From contig DATLRX010000011.1 of assembly GCA_035534435.1 (NCBI GenBank), positions 5,857 to 69,856 of the forward strand: a stretch of DNA of 64,000 bases, given 5' to 3'. This stretch comes from Candidatus Acidiferrales bacterium (GTDB taxonomy: Bacteria > Chloroflexota > Dormibacteria > Aeolococcales > Aeolococcaceae). Of this stretch, positions 23,068 through 31,519 are shown piece by piece. Below the pieces are notes generated by a model, which was not told the origin of the DNA, ran no database searches, and saw nothing but the letters and a program-made list of their open reading frames with translations. The stretch's first letter is position 1. Each line of letters opens with the position of its first letter. Both the position numbers and the translations under genes were made by a program.

Positions 23068-23075
23068 CGACGCCG

Positions 23076-23345
23076 TCAATCCAATGCCTCGGTAAGAACC
23101 CGTACTTGCTCGATACGCGACTCTTCGATCACGGTGTTGCGCAATAACTGCTCGCACATCTGCTCGACTTGGTGGCGAGCATGTTGTTCGCTCTCTGCCT
23201 CGACCTCGAGCTCGATGCTTTTGCCGACGCGGACGGAGCGCACTGAGCCAAAGCCGAGACGGTGCAGACCGTCGCGCACGACGAGCCCCTGCGGGTCGTT
23301 GACCACGGGTTTGAGCGCGACGACGACCTCGACCGCGAAGATCAC
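23076..23345 (-). CDS. purS: phosphoribosylformylglycinamidine synthase subunit PurS
   Basis: 89 aa with the PurS-like sequence LKPVVNDPQG. It overlaps the purC stop by 4 nt. Confidence 0.9.
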   Translation of the reverse strand: MIFAVEVVVALKPVVNDPQGLVVRDGLHRLGFGSVRSVRVGKSIELEVEAESEQHARHQVEQMCEQLLRNTVIEESRIEQVRVLTEALD

Positions 23346-24238
23346 TCGGCAACCACGCCTGCCACGTCGATGCCGCAGATGCGTCGCGCCGCCTCGACGT
23401 AGCGCTGTGTGGTGCCTTTCACGACGTCGTCCGGAAGCGCCGGTCCCGGATCCTTCTTATCCCAGCCGAGCTTCTCGACGTAATCGCGCACGAACTGCTT
23501 GTCGAACGAGACGGCGGGCTGTCCCTCCTTCCACTCGGACATCTCCCAGAACCGCGAGGAGTCCGGGGTGAAGATCTCGTCGATGAGCGTGAGCGTGCCG
23601 TTGATGAAACCGAACTCGAACTTCGTGTCCGCGAGGTAGATGCCGACGCTCTGGCATCGAGCGGTGGCGAAATCGAAGAGACGCAGCGATGCCGATTCGA
23701 GCTGATCCGCCAGCTGCGGACCGACGAGCGCGCTCAGCTCCCGGCGGGAGATGTTCACATCGTGGCCGTCGTCCTTCTTGATCGCCGGCGTGAACCTCGG
23801 CGCCGGGAGACGCGACGAGTCCTGCAAACCTGCCTGCAGCGCCTCACCCGCCAGCGTTCCCTTGTCGCGGTACTCCTTCCAGCCCGAGCCGCTGATGAAG
23901 CCGCGCACCACGCACTCGACGTCGATGCGCTGCGCACGCGCAACGTGCATCGACCGGGGCAGCCAGTCCTCGCGCACCGCTTCCGGGATCTCCTCCTCGA
24001 CGTCAGGCAGCAGGTGGTTCGGCATGATCGATTTCGTCTGATCGAACCACCACCGCGACATCTGGGTGAGCACGGCACCCTTGCCCGGGATCGGTGTCGG
24101 CAGGACGACATCGAATGCGCTCAGCCGGTCGGTGGCGATCATCAACAGCGTGCCGTCGGCGAGCTGGAAGGTGTCGCGCACCTTGCCCCGGCGGAACAGG
24201 TTGAGTCCCCCGATATCAGCGCTGCTCAATACCTGCAT
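23342..24238 (-). CDS. purC: SAICAR synthetase
   Basis: GKVRD, ATDRLSAFD and LADTKFEFG motifs are present. Confidence 0.95.
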   Translation of the reverse strand: MQVLSSADIGGLNLFRRGKVRDTFQLADGTLLMIATDRLSAFDVVLPTPIPGKGAVLTQMSRWWFDQTKSIMPNHLLPDVEEEIPEAVREDWLPRSMHVARAQRIDVECVVRGFISGSGWKEYRDKGTLAGEALQAGLQDSSRLPAPRFTPAIKKDDGHDVNISRRELSALVGPQLADQLESASLRLFDFATARCQSVGIYLADTKFEFGFINGTLTLIDEIFTPDSSRFWEMSEWKEGQPAVSFDKQFVRDYVEKLGWDKKDPGPALPDDVVKGTTQRYVEAARRICGIDVAGVVAE

Positions 24239-25614
24239 CAGTGCATCCTCCCGCCGGCGATGCCGGCCTCGACGGCGAACTCCGACGGCTTCGCCGGCGG
24301 TCCCGCTTCGGTTGGTGATGTGGAAAGGCCAAGACGGCGGTAGGTCTCGTCGATGTGCGCGAGGTACGTCTCGACGTCGAAGCAGTGCGCGATGGTGGCC
24401 TCCGACAGCGCTGCGGAGACATCCGCATCGGCGGCGACGAGGTCGCGGAACGGCGCCTCGTCATCGCGAGCCCGTGCCGCGAGTGACTGCACCGCGCGAT
24501 AGGCCTCCTCACGCGGCCACTCGGCCTCAACGATGAGCGCCGTGAGCACCTGCTGGGAGAACACGATGCCACCATGCAGCTCGAGGTTCGCGAGCATGCG
24601 CTCCGGCTTCACATGCAGGCCGGCCACGATTCGCGTGGAGAGACGCACGATGTAGTCGGCCAGCGCGCACGCATCGGGCAGGATCACGCGCTCCGCCGAC
24701 GAATGCGAGATATCGCGTTCGTGCCAGAGGGCCACGTCCTCCATCGCCGTCATCGCGTATCCACGCAAAACGCGCGCAAGCCCGACGATGCGCTCGCAGA
24801 GGATCGGGTTGCGCTTGTGAGGCATCGCCGAGGAGCCCTTCTGGCGCTGACCGAACGGCTCCTCCACCTCGTCGACCTCGGTGATCTGCAGCAGACGGAC
24901 AGTGGTCGCGAGACGCTCAAGGACGGCCCCGAGCAGCGCGAGGGCTGTGACGAAGGAGGCGTGCCGGTCGCGCGCGAGCACCTGTGTCGCAACCGGCGCG
25001 ACGGTGAGCTCGAGCCCCGCGCACACGTGCTCCTCGATCTCGGGCGGCACGCTCGCGTGAGTGCCGACGGCGCCGGTGATCTGCCCGACCGCGATCTCCG
25101 CCGTGGCGGCGGCGAGCCGGGTCCGGGCGCGTCGCACCTCATCGACGAAGTTCGCGAGCTTGATGCCGAGCGTGAGCGGCTCCGCGTGCACCCCGTGGGT
25201 GCGGCCCATCATCACCGTGAGGCGGTGCCGCTCGGCCTGATCGACGAGCGCCGCGATCAGGGCCTCGGTGTCCTCATCGATGACTCCGGCGGCATCCCGA
25301 AGCTGGGTTGCGAGCGCTGTGTCGACGATGTCCGACGACGTCAGGCCGAGGTGAAAGTAGCGCCCCGCCTCGCCGACGGTCTCCTGTACGGCGGCCACGA
25401 AGGCAGCGACGTCGTGCCCCTGCTCAGCTTCGAGCTCGGCGATGCGTTCGGCATCCACACTCGCCGCCTGCAGGGCGCTCAGGGATTCGACCGGAATCCG
25501 GCCGAGCTCGGCCCAGCCTTCACATGCGAGCAACTCGACGTCCAGCCATCGCTGCAGTCGTGAGGCGTCACTGAAGATCTTCGCGATCTGCTGCGGGGCG
25601 TACCGGGGGATCAC
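24238..25614 (-). CDS. purB: adenylosuccinate lyase
   Basis: Fumarate-lyase family signature GSSAMPHKRNP is present. The start is a GTG at 25614, and there is a 1-nt overlap with the purC start. Confidence 0.95.
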   Translation of the reverse strand: MIPRYAPQQIAKIFSDASRLQRWLDVELLACEGWAELGRIPVESLSALQAASVDAERIAELEAEQGHDVAAFVAAVQETVGEAGRYFHLGLTSSDIVDTALATQLRDAAGVIDEDTEALIAALVDQAERHRLTVMMGRTHGVHAEPLTLGIKLANFVDEVRRARTRLAAATAEIAVGQITGAVGTHASVPPEIEEHVCAGLELTVAPVATQVLARDRHASFVTALALLGAVLERLATTVRLLQITEVDEVEEPFGQRQKGSSAMPHKRNPILCERIVGLARVLRGYAMTAMEDVALWHERDISHSSAERVILPDACALADYIVRLSTRIVAGLHVKPERMLANLELHGGIVFSQQVLTALIVEAEWPREEAYRAVQSLAARARDDEAPFRDLVAADADVSAALSEATIAHCFDVETYLAHIDETYRRLGLSTSPTEAGPPAKPSEFAVEAGIAGGRMH

Positions 25615-25622
25615 GTACGTTC

Positions 25623-25628
25623 ATTCTA
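25623..25628 (-). promoter_or_regulatory. -10-like TAGAAT box 8 nt upstream of the purB GTG
   Basis: The minus strand reads TAGAAT-gaacgtac-GTG. No SD is present, which fits a leaderless or near-leaderless transcript. Confidence 0.45.
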
Positions 25629-25633
25629 TCGGG

Positions 25634-26476
25634 GTGACCGACGGCACCTCTCTGCCCCTCGTGATCGCGCACCGCGGCGCGTCTCGTGACGCTCCGGGGA
25701 ACTCTCCGGCAGCGTTCGAGGCTGCCATCGCCCAGGGAGCGGACGCCGTGGAGCTCGATGTCCGGCGCACGTCGGACGGCGTCCTGGTGGTGCATCACAA
25801 CGCGTCGCGCCGCGGTGTGCCTGTGGCGATGCAGACGTACGCCACGCTCATTCGCAGGAGCCGGTACGAGCCACCGCTCCTCGACGTGGTCCTCGACCTG
25901 TGCCGGGGCCGGACGGCTCTGGACATCGAGATCAAGGAACCGGGATACGAGGCCGAGGTCATGGAGGCCGCCTCGAGCCGCTTCGCCCGCGAGGACCTGC
26001 TGTACACATCGTTCGAGGAGTCGGTGATCGCCGCGATCAAGCGCCTCGACCCCGACGCGCGCTGCGGGTTGCTCCTCGGGCCGGGCCGGCTCCACAGCCG
26101 TACCCAGCGCTACGAGACGCTCCCGTTCGATCTCGCGGAGCGCTGCGGCGCCGATCTCCTTGCGGTCCATCAGTGGCTGGCGCCGCTCCGGAAACGGAGC
26201 CGGGGAAGGAAGTCCGCAGGCTCGGGACTGCTTGCGGAGGCGTCGCTTCGCAAGTTCCCGCTCGTGGTCTGGACGGTGGACGGCCCCCAGCGCTTGCGCG
26301 CCTATCTTGCGGACGGGCGCGTGGCGGGGATAATCACCGACCTACCCGGGCTCGCGGTCGAGACCAGGCGGGACATCGCGCAGCACGGCGCACAGGAAGA
26401 ATTCATGCCAGCCCACGTAACCGGACTCTCGCGCCCGGCGTTGACTGATCGAGTGCGCCCGGTGATCCCGAGATGA
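25634..26476 (+). CDS. glycerophosphodiester phosphodiesterase family protein
   Basis: LVIAHRGAS...APGNS, ELDVRRTSDGVLVVHHN and the GDPD-like core are present. The first usable in-frame start after purB is the GTG at 25634. Confidence 0.8.
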   Translation: MTDGTSLPLVIAHRGASRDAPGNSPAAFEAAIAQGADAVELDVRRTSDGVLVVHHNASRRGVPVAMQTYATLIRRSRYEPPLLDVVLDLCRGRTALDIEIKEPGYEAEVMEAASSRFAREDLLYTSFEESVIAAIKRLDPDARCGLLLGPGRLHSRTQRYETLPFDLAERCGADLLAVHQWLAPLRKRSRGRKSAGSGLLAEASLRKFPLVVWTVDGPQRLRAYLADGRVAGIITDLPGLAVETRRDIAQHGAQEEFMPAHVTGLSRPALTDRVRPVIPR

Positions 26477-27036
26477 CGCTACCTCGGGCGTATGAGGATC
26501 AATTAGTCGAGCGTGCCAAGCATGACGCCGGCGCCTTTGGGGAACTGTACGACCACTACTTCGGGCAGATCTACCGATTCGTCTTCAGCCGTCTCAGGGA
26601 TCAGGAGGCCGCCGAGGACGTCACCTCGGAGGTCTTCTTCAAGGCCCTTCGCGCGATCGGACGATACAAACCCGCGGGGCACCCCTTCAGTGCCTGGCTC
26701 TACCAGATCAGTGTCAACGCAATCAATGACCATTACAGAAGCCGCAGACCGACCTCGAGCCTCGACAGCGCAATCGCTGTCGCCGACCCGGCTCGCCCTG
26801 TTGACGAGCGTGTCGTCGACAGCGCGGAAGCGGCTCGGATCTGGGAGGCGATCGACGACCTCCCGCCTCAGCAGCGGGCTGCGATGACGCTCAAGCTCGG
26901 TGAGGATCTCAAGCTCGCCCAGATCGGCGAGATCCTGGGCAAGAGCGAGGGCGCGGTGAAGCTGCTGATCCACCGCGGCATGATCGGCGTTCGTCTTCGC
27001 CTGGGTGTCGCGGCGCCCCTCGAGGAGAAAGGGTGA
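26473..27036 (+). CDS. ECF sigma factor
   Basis: Region 2 (FGELYDHYFGQIYRFVFSRL, AWLYQISVNAINDHYR) and region 4 (LAQIGEILGKSEGAVKLLIHRG) are present. The ATG overlaps the GDPD stop (ATGA). Confidence 0.9.
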   Translation: MTLPRAYEDQLVERAKHDAGAFGELYDHYFGQIYRFVFSRLRDQEAAEDVTSEVFFKALRAIGRYKPAGHPFSAWLYQISVNAINDHYRSRRPTSSLDSAIAVADPARPVDERVVDSAEAARIWEAIDDLPPQQRAAMTLKLGEDLKLAQIGEILGKSEGAVKLLIHRGMIGVRLRLGVAAPLEEKG

Positions 27037-29309
27037 TGTCCTGGCCGGGAGGATGGTTCGATCCCGAGCTCGAGGATCTGTTCCACGAGGAGCCCGAGCT
27101 GCTCGAGACCGCCCGGCGGGTTCGCGCGGCCCGGCCGCAGACCGAGCCTGATCCGCGATTCCAGAACCGTCTGCGCGCCCAGCTCATCGCCGAGGCGACG
27201 AGGAGCCACGGGGCACGTCGCTGGTGGCGCCTCGGTTCGACGCACGCCGCGTGGGGCGGCGCCGTCCTCGGGGTTGCGCTCATCGGAGCGACGGCGCTGA
27301 CCTTCCTCTCGAACCATCCCCAGGACAGGACCATCACCGCGATCTCGGCCATCGCCGCCGAGCACGCCGTCGACCCGAACAACGTGATCCAGGTGAGCTT
27401 CAACCAGCCGATGGACAAGGCGGCCGTCGAGAAGGGCGTTCGGATCCAGCCGGCCACGGAGGTGTCGTACTCCTGGACCGGCAACGACCTCGTGATCACG
27501 CCGGTGCACCACCTGACCGGGAACACGCCGTACACCGTGACCATCGCGCAGAGCGCGATCCGCGCTGCCACAGGCGCCGTCGCGACCACCCCGATCGTGA
27601 TCCCGTTTGCAACCGCGCCGACGCCGCCGGTCGGGCGTTCGACACCACCGACGCTTGCCCTCTCCATCGTCGGCCCTCAAGGCACCGGCGTGAACGGTCT
27701 CGGCGGGATGCTGCTCTTTGCGCCCGACGGGTCGCTGGTGAGCACGGCAGGACTGCTGCCGGCGCCGCCGGGCACGCCCCCGGTCGCAGCCTCGCCGACC
27801 CCGGGCACTTCGCCGACGCCCACTCCGGAGGGCGTCCCCGACAACACTCCTTCGGTCGCCGGACAACTCGTCGACTATGCCTCGAGCGGGGGGCCGTTCG
27901 CTCTGGCCGCCGCCTCATCGGCCGCTGCTTTCTCGCCGAACGGAACGTACGTGGCGGCAGCGGTCGATGACGGCAACGGCGGGTCGAAGATCGTCGTGAC
28001 GCTCGCCGACGGCAGCCAGCATCGGCCGACGAGGCTCGTCGATTCATCGTCACCCGTGATCGCGTTGACCTGGGCTTCCAGCGACCGAATCGTCTATACC
28101 GACGGCGCCACCATCAACGAGATCGACCTCTCCGGCAAGGGCTCCACCCTCTACACCGTGCCCGCCTCCGGCGGCTCGGTCGCGAAGCTCGATCCCGGTG
28201 GCGCGTATGCATTCGTCGCTCCCGCGAGCGGCACCGGCGGCAACCTGCTCGATATTGCGACGGACGCCGAGGTGGTGCTGCAGGGCTCGACCACCGCGGT
28301 CGGATTCAGCGGCGACGGCAGCACGGTGGTGTGGGCCGACCAGTCGACGAGCAGGACGCGTTTCTGGACCGAGTCCGTGACCCAGCAGGCGCCGGCGTCG
28401 ATGTCGCTGCTCGACGGGAGCGCCACGTACGGCGACATCGCGCTCGATGCGGACGGAGATGCGGCCGCGTATCTCATGACGCCGCCGTCACAGGGCACGC
28501 AGGTGGTCATTGCCGAGGTGCCGAGCGGCGCTCCGATCGCGATCGAGCCCGTGTCGTTCACCCCGTCGGGGCTGGCGCTGTCTCCCGGCGGCGACCAGAT
28601 AGCGCTCCTCGGCAGCGACAGCAACGGCGGGCTCACGGTGCAGCGGGCCGCGGTCCCCGGCGCGACCGCTGCGCACGCGGCCGCGGGAATTCCGGCAGCA
28701 GCCAACTCGACATTGCATGCATTCGTCGAGGCGCAGGTGGCAGGTGACCTCGGCACGATGGCAGGGTTGAGCGGACCCAACGCGAATGCGGCTGCGAACA
28801 CGCCGCAGAACCTGAGCCGTGCGTACGTCATCAGCACGTACGTCCAGCCCCACGGCGCGGTGTCGGCGAGCGTCGAGCTGGTCGTCGACCCGACCGCGGG
28901 CCACGCGAGCGCGGAAGTGGCGGGTGAGACGCTGACGCTCGTTCCGCAGGCGTCCGGTACCACGTATATCGTCAGCCGCATCGCATCGACCCCGCTGCAC
29001 GACGAGGCGTCCGGACCGCACGTGCTCCAGGTCAACGCGACGACGCAGTCGGGTCAGACCACGCTCGCGGTGAGCTTCGACAGCGACCTCAACCCGGCCT
29101 CGGTGGGCGGCGCGTTCACGGTGCTCGACTCGAACGGGACGACGCTCACCTCATCCACCGTGTACGACGCGAACTCTCGAACGGCGACGGTGACCATCGC
29201 GAGCACGACGTCCGGTGCGCTCACCCTCGAGATCTCGACAGCACTTGACGACGTGTACGGTCAGACGCTCGCGCACGCGTTCCAGACGGTGGTCGGGACG
29301 AACTCCTAG
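27033..29309 (+). CDS. membrane-anchored putative anti-sigma/sensor protein with Ig-like and beta-propeller-like ectodomain
   Basis: It is coupled to the sigma gene (GTGATG overlap). About 65 cytoplasmic aa are followed by one TM (AAWGGAVLGVALIGATALTFL). SbsA-type Ig-like segments occur at both ends (VIQVSFNQPMDKAAVEKGV.., LAVSFDSDLNPASVGGAFTV..), with a Pro-rich linker and TolB-like repeats in the middle. Confidence 0.6.
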   Translation: MMSWPGGWFDPELEDLFHEEPELLETARRVRAARPQTEPDPRFQNRLRAQLIAEATRSHGARRWWRLGSTHAAWGGAVLGVALIGATALTFLSNHPQDRTITAISAIAAEHAVDPNNVIQVSFNQPMDKAAVEKGVRIQPATEVSYSWTGNDLVITPVHHLTGNTPYTVTIAQSAIRAATGAVATTPIVIPFATAPTPPVGRSTPPTLALSIVGPQGTGVNGLGGMLLFAPDGSLVSTAGLLPAPPGTPPVAASPTPGTSPTPTPEGVPDNTPSVAGQLVDYASSGGPFALAAASSAAAFSPNGTYVAAAVDDGNGGSKIVVTLADGSQHRPTRLVDSSSPVIALTWASSDRIVYTDGATINEIDLSGKGSTLYTVPASGGSVAKLDPGGAYAFVAPASGTGGNLLDIATDAEVVLQGSTTAVGFSGDGSTVVWADQSTSRTRFWTESVTQQAPASMSLLDGSATYGDIALDADGDAAAYLMTPPSQGTQVVIAEVPSGAPIAIEPVSFTPSGLALSPGGDQIALLGSDSNGGLTVQRAAVPGATAAHAAAGIPAAANSTLHAFVEAQVAGDLGTMAGLSGPNANAAANTPQNLSRAYVISTYVQPHGAVSASVELVVDPTAGHASAEVAGETLTLVPQASGTTYIVSRIASTPLHDEASGPHVLQVNATTQSGQTTLAVSFDSDLNPASVGGAFTVLDSNGTTLTSSTVYDANSRTATVTIASTTSGALTLEISTALDDVYGQTLAHAFQTVVGTNS

Positions 29310-30070
29310 ACCGGCACACGCACCACGCGACGGCGAAGCATGGTCGCTGTCACCGGGATGCGCATCGTTCCATCAGCGGCGATGCATGACCGCAGGTCCC
29401 GCTCGCATGCGCCACGCACCGCGTCGAGCAGCGATGCGGGCGCACCGGCAAGCTCCGCGGCCACAGGCCGTTCCAGGACCATCGCCGCCCAGTACTGGCC
29501 GATACCGTCGAAGCGCGCGACATCGCGGAGCGTCACGGCCTCCCACCGCTCGCGTCCCGCGGCGATGTCGACCGGTATGCACCGCTCCAGAAACGCCGAG
29601 CGTATGCCGGCCTCGTCGCGGAGCGCATCGACGAGCGCGCGTTCGTGCGCCGGCGGGTCCGCGCCGTCCCAGACGACGAAGACCGCCACGCCCGACGGTG
29701 TGAGGATGCGTTCGGTCTCATCGAACGCACCGGTGCCATCCCAGAACCCGAGCGTGCACAGTGAGCCGGCGCGGTCGCAGGTTCCGTCGGGAATGTCGAG
29801 CGCTCGCTCGGTCACGACGGATGTCACCACCTCGCATCCGGCCGGCGCAACACCGAGCGCCGCCTCGGCCGTGAGTTCCGCGTCGACGTCGACGAGCACC
29901 ACGCGCCCTCGCGCGCCGACAGCGGCGCCGAGCGACGCCGCGAGCGTCCCCGCGTCGCACACCAGGTCGCAGGCGGTTTCTCCTGCGCGGACACCGAGCT
30001 CGTCGACGAGCTGCTCGGCCAACGGGCGCAGGACCGCGGCCGAGTAGAGCCGCCCGAACCGCGGCTCCAC
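29306..30070 (-). CDS. class-I methyltransferase-fold protein (divergent motif I)
   Basis: The pattern DLVCDAGTLA...RVVLVDVD...ILTPSGVAVFVVW resembles a SAM-MTase fold, but the glycine-rich motif is degenerate. Confidence 0.5.
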   Translation of the reverse strand: MEPRFGRLYSAAVLRPLAEQLVDELGVRAGETACDLVCDAGTLAASLGAAVGARGRVVLVDVDAELTAEAALGVAPAGCEVVTSVVTERALDIPDGTCDRAGSLCTLGFWDGTGAFDETERILTPSGVAVFVVWDGADPPAHERALVDALRDEAGIRSAFLERCIPVDIAAGRERWEAVTLRDVARFDGIGQYWAAMVLERPVAAELAGAPASLLDAVRGACERDLRSCIAADGTMRIPVTATMLRRRVVRVPV

Positions 30071-30076
30071 GGTGCG

Positions 30077-31519
30077 TTACCCGGAGACGGCCACCGCGGC
30101 GGCGATGGCCGCGACGCGGGCGGGATCACGCACCAACCGCCGGAACGGCTCCTGACGCGCGGCCCAGACGTCAGCGGCCGCGACCAGCTCCGGATGGTGC
30201 TCGATGAACGCCGTGCTGTAGTCGCCGGCGCGGAATCCCGGGTCGTCGATGACGGCAAGGTGATACGCGATGTTGGTGTGGATTCCGGTGACCACGTACT
30301 CGAGCAGCGCGCGGCGCATGCGATCGAGCGCCGCATCCCGCGTCGGTGCGTGCACGATGAGCTTGGCGATCATCGGGTCGTAGTTGGGCGAGACCGGACC
30401 GGCGGTCACCAGCGAGCTGTCGACGCGCACACCGGGCCCCGACGGCTCGTGATAGCCCGTCACCTGCCCCGGCGACGGCAGGAACCCGCGGGCGTAGTTC
30501 TCGGCGTTGACACGGCATTCGATCGCGTGCCCGCGCGGGACGACCTGCTCCTGCGTCAACGTCAGGCGTTCGCCGGACGCGATGCGCAGCTGCTCGGCGA
30601 CGAGATCGATGCCGTACACGAGCTCGGTGATCGGGTGCTCGACCTGCAACCGTGTGTTCATCTCGAGGAAGTAGAACTCGCCCTTGCGGAAGATGAACTC
30701 GACGGTGCCGGCGTTGACATAGCCCACCGCTCTGGCAGCCGTGACCGCGGCCTCGCCCATGCGGGCGCGCGTCTCGGCGTCGATGACCGGCGACGGCGCC
30801 TCCTCGATGATCTTCTGGTGCCGGCGCTGGATCGAGCACTCGCGCTCGCCGAGGTGAATGACATTGCCGTGCGTGTCCGCGACCACCTGGATCTCGATGT
30901 GCCGCGGCTCCTCGAGGTAGCGCTCGAGGAAGATGGTGTCGTTCCCGAACGCGCGATGCGCCGTGCTTCGTGCGGTGTCATACGAGCCACGCAGCTCCGC
31001 TTCGTCACGCGCAATGCGCATACCGATGCCGCCACCGCCGGCGCTCGCCTTGATGAGCACCGGGTAGCCGATGGCCGCCGCGGCGACGACGGTCTCCTCG
31101 ATGTCGACGAGCGCGCCCGTCCCGGGCACCACAGGAACGCCCGATTCGCGCATGCGGTCGCGCGCGGGCACCTTCTCGCCCATGGCGGCCATCGCGTCCG
31201 GCGGCGGCCCGATGAAGACGAGGCCGTTGTCGGCACACGCGCGCGCGAACTGCTGGTTCTCGCTGAGGAAACCGTACCCCGGATGAATCGCCTGCGCTCC
31301 GGTGGAGCGCGCCGCTTCGATGATCCGATCGATCACCAGGTATGACTGCGCCGACGGCGCCGGTCCGATCTCCACCGCCTCGTCGGCGAGCAGGACGAAC
31401 GCCGCGGATCGGTCGATGTCGCTGTGCACCGCGACCGTGCGCACGCCGAGGTCGCGGCAACCGCGAATGATGCGAAGCGCGATCTCGCCGCGGTTCGCGA
31501 TGAGGACCTTCTCGAACAT
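30077..31519 (-). CDS. accC: biotin carboxylase (ATP-grasp) subunit
   Basis: KVLIANRGEIALRIIR, HPGYGFLSEN, KASAGGGGIGMR and ERECSIQRRHQK are present. The ATG shares 1 nt with the upstream gene's TGA. Confidence 0.92.
   Translation of the reverse strand: MFEKVLIANRGEIALRIIRGCRDLGVRTVAVHSDIDRSAAFVLLADEAVEIGPAPSAQSYLVIDRIIEAARSTGAQAIHPGYGFLSENQQFARACADNGLVFIGPPPDAMAAMGEKVPARDRMRESGVPVVPGTGALVDIEETVVAAAAIGYPVLIKASAGGGGIGMRIARDEAELRGSYDTARSTAHRAFGNDTIFLERYLEEPRHIEIQVVADTHGNVIHLGERECSIQRRHQKIIEEAPSPVIDAETRARMGEAAVTAARAVGYVNAGTVEFIFRKGEFYFLEMNTRLQVEHPITELVYGIDLVAEQLRIASGERLTLTQEQVVPRGHAIECRVNAENYARGFLPSPGQVTGYHEPSGPGVRVDSSLVTAGPVSPNYDPMIAKLIVHAPTRDAALDRMRRALLEYVVTGIHTNIAYHLAVIDDPGFRAGDYSTAFIEHHPELVAAADVWAARQEPFRRLVRDPARVAAIAAAVAVSG

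Noticed and set aside
22922-23075. A ZTP (pfl) or other purine-pathway riboswitch between purS and purQ.
   Set aside because: I could not match the element to the ZTP consensus as I remember it (GACUGGCG...CCGCCUGGGC pseudoknot parts) or to purine or PRPP aptamer cores. I report it only as an unexplained structured element.
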